Origin: Eledone cirrhosa
Lineage: Eukaryota
DNA: 64,000 bases
Direction of reading: 5' to 3'
NCBI GenBank assembly: GCA_964016885.1
Contig: OZ024740.1
Location: forward strand, 413,292,001-413,356,000
Position numbers and translations under genes: made by a program. Position 1 is the stretch's first letter. Each line of letters starts with the position of its first letter. Below the pieces are notes generated by a model that did no database searches, was not told the DNA's origin, and saw nothing but the letters and a program-made list of their open reading frames with translations. Below, piece by piece: positions 56,950-64,000 of the stretch.

Positions 56950-57840
56950 GACCTCTACAGGACTAGAACTGTTTCATTCGGTGGAAATCATCAGAAGAGC
57001 TTTCATGGGGATTTCCTCCGGGTGTCCTGTAGAAGCCATTTCTATATTAAATATTTATACTCTGCTATGTATTGAGTACCTTACTTATTGTGGTTACCCC
57101 CGATTGAACCCGGGATAAACATGTATATATATCTATATATATAGGCACTTGGGTTAGTGGATAGTGCGTCATGCTTACAATTGTGACTTTGTGAGTTCGA
57201 TTCCTGGACCGGCTGTGCTTTGTGTTCTTGAGCAAGACACTATATTTCACGTTGCTCCAGTTTACTCAGCTGTAAAAAACAGTTGTGATGTCAATGGTAC
57301 CAAGCTGCATCGACCTTACCCGTTCCCTTAGACAACATCGGTGGCGTGGAGAGGGGAGACTGATATTCATGAAAGACAATGGGTATTCCACAAACAACAT
57401 TGCCCGGATTTGGGCCTCGGATGCATAATTTATAGGTGAAAAACCCATAAACATTCGTTTCGTTACCGAAGGGAAACTTTATCCACATATATATATATCT
57501 TCATAGCAGTTGTGGATATTTAAAAAGCATAAAATGTATGTAAGCAGAGCCGACGGCTATAGATAATAGCTTATCCTCAGAAGAACCCATTTAGAGTGAA
57601 AGTAGAAACTCATTGCTTAAAGTTTTAATCTTTACTAATAATAAATATTTAGTCTACTTCTATATATATACATCACTTATGGAGTCCGCTTTCGGTTTTG
57701 TTCTTTCTACTTGATATTACTATATATATATATATATACATATATATAATCAAAAATATATGGAGAAGGCAATGCATGTAAAAACAAGATTTACTTTTTA
57801 CACTGTTTCATCTCGAAGTACAAAATATATATATATATAT

Positions 57841-59806
57841 ATTTATTAAAATAACAGATTAAAGTTTAAGCAAAGAATCGCTGCTTTCACCCTTAACGGG
57901 ATCTTCTGAAACTAACAAAGTCAATCTGTAAACGCAGAAGTGGATATTTCAAAAAACGTTGCAACCGGAGGAAGACAGGAAGACGATAATTTGGTTCGTC
58001 GAAACGTTTCCTGACAAAGAACGTAAAAAAACGAATATAATACGTCATTAATAGGAGCGGTGAAAAACAATTACGCGCAAAGACAGAACCACGTTTATGG
58101 TATAAAAGAGGTCGTAGACTAATGTTCTCTTAGGTGGTTCATAGAGACGTTCTCTGGCAATGAACGAAAAAAACAAAGATAATATATCATATGTGGAGTG
58201 TGGAGAACAATTGCACGCAAAGACAAAACCACGTAAATCGTATAGCAGAAGTCGTAGACTAAAATTCTAACTAGGAGACCGAATGAATCTCCGCTTCAGA
58301 GTTAAGAACAAAGTAAATAAATACAATACAGAAGTAATAGAAATTAAATAAATATATACACGCATACAAATACGTACATACACAAGCATACGCGGAAACA
58401 CTTACCATAGGTATACAAAACCACGCACATTTAAATATGTGTGTGTGTGTATGCGTGTATACAAATAAATAAATAATTAAATAAACGTATATAAATAAAT
58501 AAATACGCGCTTAACAAGCGCACACACATACCTACACGTAAATACACAAATGTTCGGAGACGTAAGTCAACCAAAACATGAAGTACACATATACACACAC
58601 CCTACATACGTACGAACCTGCATACTCACACATACGCAAAACTCACATATACACATAACCAAACCATATATACCAGAATATATTAAATTATACGCCATAA
58701 CATATACAATCAAATATACGTACGAGAAGGTATACGTTCTTCACAAAACATACAGGTAATATATACTTGCCTATGCAAATAAGTAATGGTATAAACAAAA
58801 CATATACTTAGCTACCACATCAAGACGTAAAATATCCACGTATAGATCGTTCTATCCGTTAGGGTATAACGTGTGGCTGTAATACAGGAAAGTTTTGTGC
58901 AATTTATGTTTACAAGCCGAAATTGCCTCAGATTTTTTGTATAAGATGTGGTCTGTGTTGTAGAGTAACTCCAGGGCCTCAGCGGCGCAGAGGTCACATG
59001 GTCTTTTATTTCCGTTATACGATCTAGCCCTAGCTAGGATTTCCCAGTGTAACTTATATTGGGTGTGGTTGTCCTTTGGACTTCAGAAATAAGCTGAAAG
59101 TGACGCCATATTCCTTCTTAGAGGGTAACGAAAAGAATGGGTATGCATGTAAAGACGCTGCTTGAATCTATTGGCGGTTAACCCTATGTAGGCCCTACGG
59201 GACGTGGGTATTTCAACCTTACATTTGTAGCCAATGTTACTAGAGAGGCATTTCCCGAATAGGGGGCAATCAACCCGATTCCTACAATTACAGTTAGTAC
59301 TAACCACAGGGTTGCACGTGTTCCTACGGCTAGGTAGTTTAGCTAAATTTGAAGCTGTGATGTTATGTGCAAGGTTAAGAGTCCTAAAGAAAGAAATTTT
59401 AATAGTATTTCTATTAAAGATTTTACTATATTTATGTGTAGGGGGAAAATGCTTCGTAATAAGGGAAAGAAAGATCTTAGCTAATGGTGTGGCCACCTCC
59501 ATATTATATGGTGGGTTATACCAACAAATGCGACGGGATCTATTTCTTCTAGGTCTATTTTCGTACACTGTATATGCTACCTTATCGACAAATCCACTCC
59601 GAGCAAGAGCTTCATTGTAATAAGTGGAATGGTCGTTGAAAATATGCTCGTTAGTAGATGACGGGAAAGCCTCAACGAAACGTTTCTTACCAAGTTCTTG
59701 GTTATGCTGGCAGGATGGTTCTTATATATTTGATATATATTTGATATATATGTATCCTTATCGAGCCCTCTTTGGATTTTAGTCTTCAAATTTATTATTA
59801 TTACTA
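57841..59806 (-). mobile_element. Second 5'-truncated Penelope-like element (Neptune-like) with short inverted terminal fragment
   Basis: NHPASITKNL, ICWYNPPY, CNCRNRVDCPLFGKCL, YKC..AYIGLT..FKQRL..H; 3' repeat at 57841-58270; inverted end fragment at 59720-59806. Confidence 0.85.
57863..57913 (-). ncRNA. Hammerhead-like motif with CAGAAGA (A4) core at the PLE 3' end
   Basis: Reverse complement: agttt-CAGAAGA-tccc gttaa gggt-GAAA-gca..tgc-TT-aaact; diverged homologue at 57573-57625(+) keeps CAGAAGA. Confidence 0.55.
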
Positions 59807-62800
59807 TATATATATATATATATATATGTTGGTGTGTGTGTGTGTGTGTGTGTGCGTGTATATATGTGTGTGTGTGGGTGTGTGCATGTGTGTATGTATA
59901 TATATGTTTATATATGTGTGTGTGTGTCTCTCTCTGCCTGTGTGTCTATGTGTGTGTGTGTGTGTGTGTGCATGTATTTATATATAGACATATACGTCTG
60001 TATTCAATGTGTGTAATATATGCCAAACGTGAAAGCAATATATGTTTGTTTTAGCATTTCCGTACTTTTGTCTGCACTTGTTCACGTGCAAATCTATGAA
60101 TATACAATTTTATAGAGTATACTGGATTATGTTCTTTCGCTCAGAAACTATGATTAAATGTATATGCATGGAATTCCCCAATGGTGTATGTGTGTTATAT
60201 ATTTCTTTTTTATGTCTGTAAATTAATCTCACTAACTCACTCACTCTCTTAACTACTTTCTTTCTATGTCTTTTTCATATTTGTGCATGTATATACACAT
60301 ATTTGCTTGTGACCAGGAAGCAGAATGTATGTTATATATTATTCCTCGAACACTATGCCTCCAGTGATCCCAGAAAACGTCGTTATGCAGATATGCTAAG
60401 CAAATGATTTTTCAATGTATTTAATTCCTTATAGAATTACATCTTAGTGTGGCATACATTTTTCACTGAAATCTCTATTTTACGAATGAAATATTTTGTA
60501 ACTTTGTTTCTGTCATTTCCTGCAAGTAAACACAGCGCACCAGTTGTGAATACACCAAACAGGCTTTGCATTTGTAATAAATCACTAGGCAGACTTACTC
60601 TCACAATACCTTTTACTTTTAATACAATTATTAGAAGAAATATATACTGTCAAAGTAGACTCATAATACATTATTGTCTCAAGATATTTTATAGATTGTT
60701 TGAGACTTCAATTCGTTTATTTATTTATTATTTTTATTTATTTATTTTATAATTTTTTTTTCTTTGCTCTTTATTAGTTCCACATATTATTCAATTCTCT
60801 TTCTAAAATTTCTAAGCAGCTTCAATAAAATATTTTCCCCACTTTTTAACAATGTATATTTAACGTTTACAGAAGACATGTTGTTTACAAGAAGACAATA
60901 ATATTATTTCATTTTGAGTTTTAACAAAGTAAACTACTTTTTGTGGTTACCTAATCTTTTCTAGGAAAATCAAATATCAACGTTCACGTCTTGATCGTAG
61001 CTGTTAAGAAACCTACTCCTCAATCTATGCATATATATGTCTATCATGAATTGTACGTCGATATTTTCCATTTCATTTAACCTTTCCTCTCACTACTTTC
61101 GATGCAGCAGCGAAAGAGTTCATTCAAAAATATATTCCTATCCCTACTAATAAAATGTATTGTATACATGAATATTAGTTTAAGAATTACCACAATCGCT
61201 ATGTTAATTTTCGTAGCCTAATTAATCCATTTGAAATGTGTGTCATTGACCTCAGTCCATGCCCTCATTTCAGAAAATTCAAAGATCAACTTTATTTTCG
61301 TCTTTACACAACTTCAAAATCTTCTTCTGTCACCTTTTAAAATTAAACTGCCGTTTCGACGCACCCCTCAACGAAGTCTTTCAAACCCTAACAATTGTGA
61401 GATTAATAATCATCCAACACTGAGGAGTTTCAGTTCATTCCTATCTGAAGATAGGGAAATCGTTAGTTTCAAAGTTTCACAAAGGTTAACTTCAAATGTT
61501 AACAAAAGTTAAAAAATATAAATTTCTTCATACAAAAATGCATCTATTATTCTCATCATATTCATTTATTTCCCTCATCAACCACCAGATGCTTCTTCAA
61601 CGCGTGTTATCCTTATCACAACCGTTATATAAGAGTGTGCTGCCGTACATTGTAACAAATATGACATTGTAAGCAGCATAACGCTGATACAGCTCTCATA
61701 TATTTTTCACTTGCTCTTAAATCAATCTTGCATACTCTGAATGATAGCAAGTATGTTTTTGATGCAATTCGTCTAACCTCGAATCAAATGCTAAATCTAC
61801 CAATAAAACAAAACTCTGTAGCGCTATAACGTAATTCGTGCTTGAATCCATTACATATGAATATCAGTTAAAATACTTCCGTTCTGGAGTCGATGTAATG
61901 TGAATTCGTTTGGCATTAGTGTGCAGCTTATCGAGACAATTAAAGTTTTGTCAGGGTCTTTTTAGTTAAACTTCCATTTCTTTCATTTAATTTCTTTCGT
62001 GGGTTAATCACTTCGATTTGAACAATTACAGGACGTACATACACACCAAGTACCTACTAGGAATGGAAACATTGAGTGCGTAGTTCCAAAAATTGGAGAA
62101 ACAGAAAGAAGTGCTCGATAAGCACTGCTTTCGTGTACATTATACACATTCTACATTTTATGTGAATATAGATAACTGTTGCCTCTGTTAGTGTTTATTA
62201 AAAACCCGCATCGAATGTATTTCTGTAGTCTACATTGCAACAAACACATGAGTCTCCCGATGAATTCGAACTGGCACTTCGAACAATTGAAAAATACTCA
62301 AATTATCAGAGTAACTGCGGGATTGTATCGTGGTGAGCTAATACGTGATCAATACACCACTGGTATGGCGATGTCTATTATATCCCTACTGCCATATAGG
62401 ATGCAGCATTCTTGATTTTTGTGCAGGCCAATGGCGTATATTAAGCCATAACATTTCCCGCGCTTGAAACAAGAACATCAACACCTGCAATTTCTAAATC
62501 CAAATGCCGCTATATTTCTGGTATTGCTATCCACATCCAAAGTTGTGGGTTAGCAGAATTGGCAGAGAATCAGATATATGCCATTGCAGCATTTGTTCTG
62601 ACACTTGAGTTCAAATCCAACCGAAGTCAACTTTGCCTTTCATCCGTCCGCAGTTGATACAATTTAATACCAGTTACTAAAGTTAATTTAATCGATAACA
62701 TTATGGGTTACTTATAGTGTTGGCATATTCCTGAGTAGTATGCAATGTCCATACATTATTGCCTTGACCTCAGTACCATGATTCTTTGGGGCAGAGTATA

Positions 62801-63623
62801 TTTTTCAGAGATAACAACTTCGATACATAATGGAATACGGTAGTTTATTACCGGATCATATTGGGAATTCCAAGCATCGAATTTCATCGTAATCTCTTAT
62901 AGCATGAACATGATGAGGATTGAAATTTGACACGAATATATCCACTCCCATGAATTATGAAGATAGTAAACAGGATCATTTCAATCAGCTTTTATCTAGT
63001 TTCGCTGTTAGAACACACACCATCAAAAACATTCTATCCGAGTAACATAGAATGTATACATTTGAGAAAAATATTTCATATCTGCTTAACAGTCTACACA
63101 CGAAATGCTATCCACATGTAACTTACATACTCTATGCCAAACCTGGATCATTAACATTTCGATGACATAATGATACATTTGTTGCACTTATTAAGCAAGT
63201 ATTCTTGTTACCAACCATCTCTACCCATAGCTTTAAACGTAGCTTTAAAGGTCTCAATATAGACAAAAATGTTAGATTTTCAGAAAACATAATAAACTTC
63301 TAAAACTACATTACATTTATGATACGTAATATGGTTTTAGGACCCGGGCCACCTACACGTGGGACAATTACTGACACTATAAACTTTTACATGCGGTTCA
63401 AGTTAAAGTAATATTTACATATCTAAGGCGCGTGGCTGAGTGGTTAGAGAATTGAATTCGCAATCGTGAGGTTGTGAGTTCGATTCTCGTTATGTCCTTG
63501 GGCAAGACACTTTATTTCACGTTGCTCCTTCTACCTGGAGTTGCGACCGATATAAAGTATTAGCAATTAGAAAGACCAACGGAAATATTGTTTCCTCGGT
63601 CCGATTTGACGAACGTCGATCGA

Positions 63624-63656
<33 letters not shown>

Positions 63657-64000
63657 AAGACCAATCAACCGATACAGCTTTTGCCATACGCAAATAGGGA
63701 TCGTTCGGCTTTTTGAGAATAGTTCATTTACTAAAATGCTATAATCACAGGTTCACATATGTGATAGAAATCTTTTTGAGTCTCATGAATATATTGTGAA
63801 GGCATTTGCTCCTTTGATGTTCATTCCTGCATATCTCATCCTTCCATACTCGACTGACGGAACCGATTTATCTTCTCCCGTTACGACCGCTGTGCTTCTC
63901 AAACTCTTCCTCTAGATAGTGCTACTTAGAAAGGCAATGCGTAAAAGAAACCGCGTTGCCACACGTTTCTTTGCTGTAGTCGATGTCCTTAAATTGTCTG

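Noticed and set aside
61231-61512. 93-aa ORF in the non-repetitive right end
   Set aside because: No recognisable domain or convincing splice context; a host exon in 60-64 kb cannot be excluded without RNA data.

Overview
AT-rich, microsatellite-saturated animal DNA with no recognisable host protein-coding gene. The SINE families and (TA)n load suggest a cephalopod (Octopus-like) intergenic or intronic region; this is an inference. The window is a retroelement graveyard. It holds a near-complete but frameshifted CR1-group LINE (3.5-7.4 kb), several RTE fragments, two bipartite RTE derivatives, an R4-type RLE fragment, a deleted Gypsy LTR element (51.0-54.5 kb), two Penelope-like elements (PLEs) with GIY-YIG endonuclease (43.8-47.3 and 57.8-59.8 kb), tRNA-derived SINEs, a hAT-like MITE and a 14/15-bp minisatellite. 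The main hidden signal is about 20 type I hammerhead ribozyme motifs from roughly a dozen sequence families, read by eye. They sit in short fold-back or tandem units inserted in (TA)n, and three families are directly linked to PLE terminal repeats. They include a 320-bp tandem retrozyme-like unit, two families with the compensatory U3-A8 core (one with a C3-G8 homologue in the same window), and a family with an A4 core. The Gypsy element carries an unusually long 32-nt tRNA-Trp copy at a deletion junction. All structures were assigned by eye and are untested.
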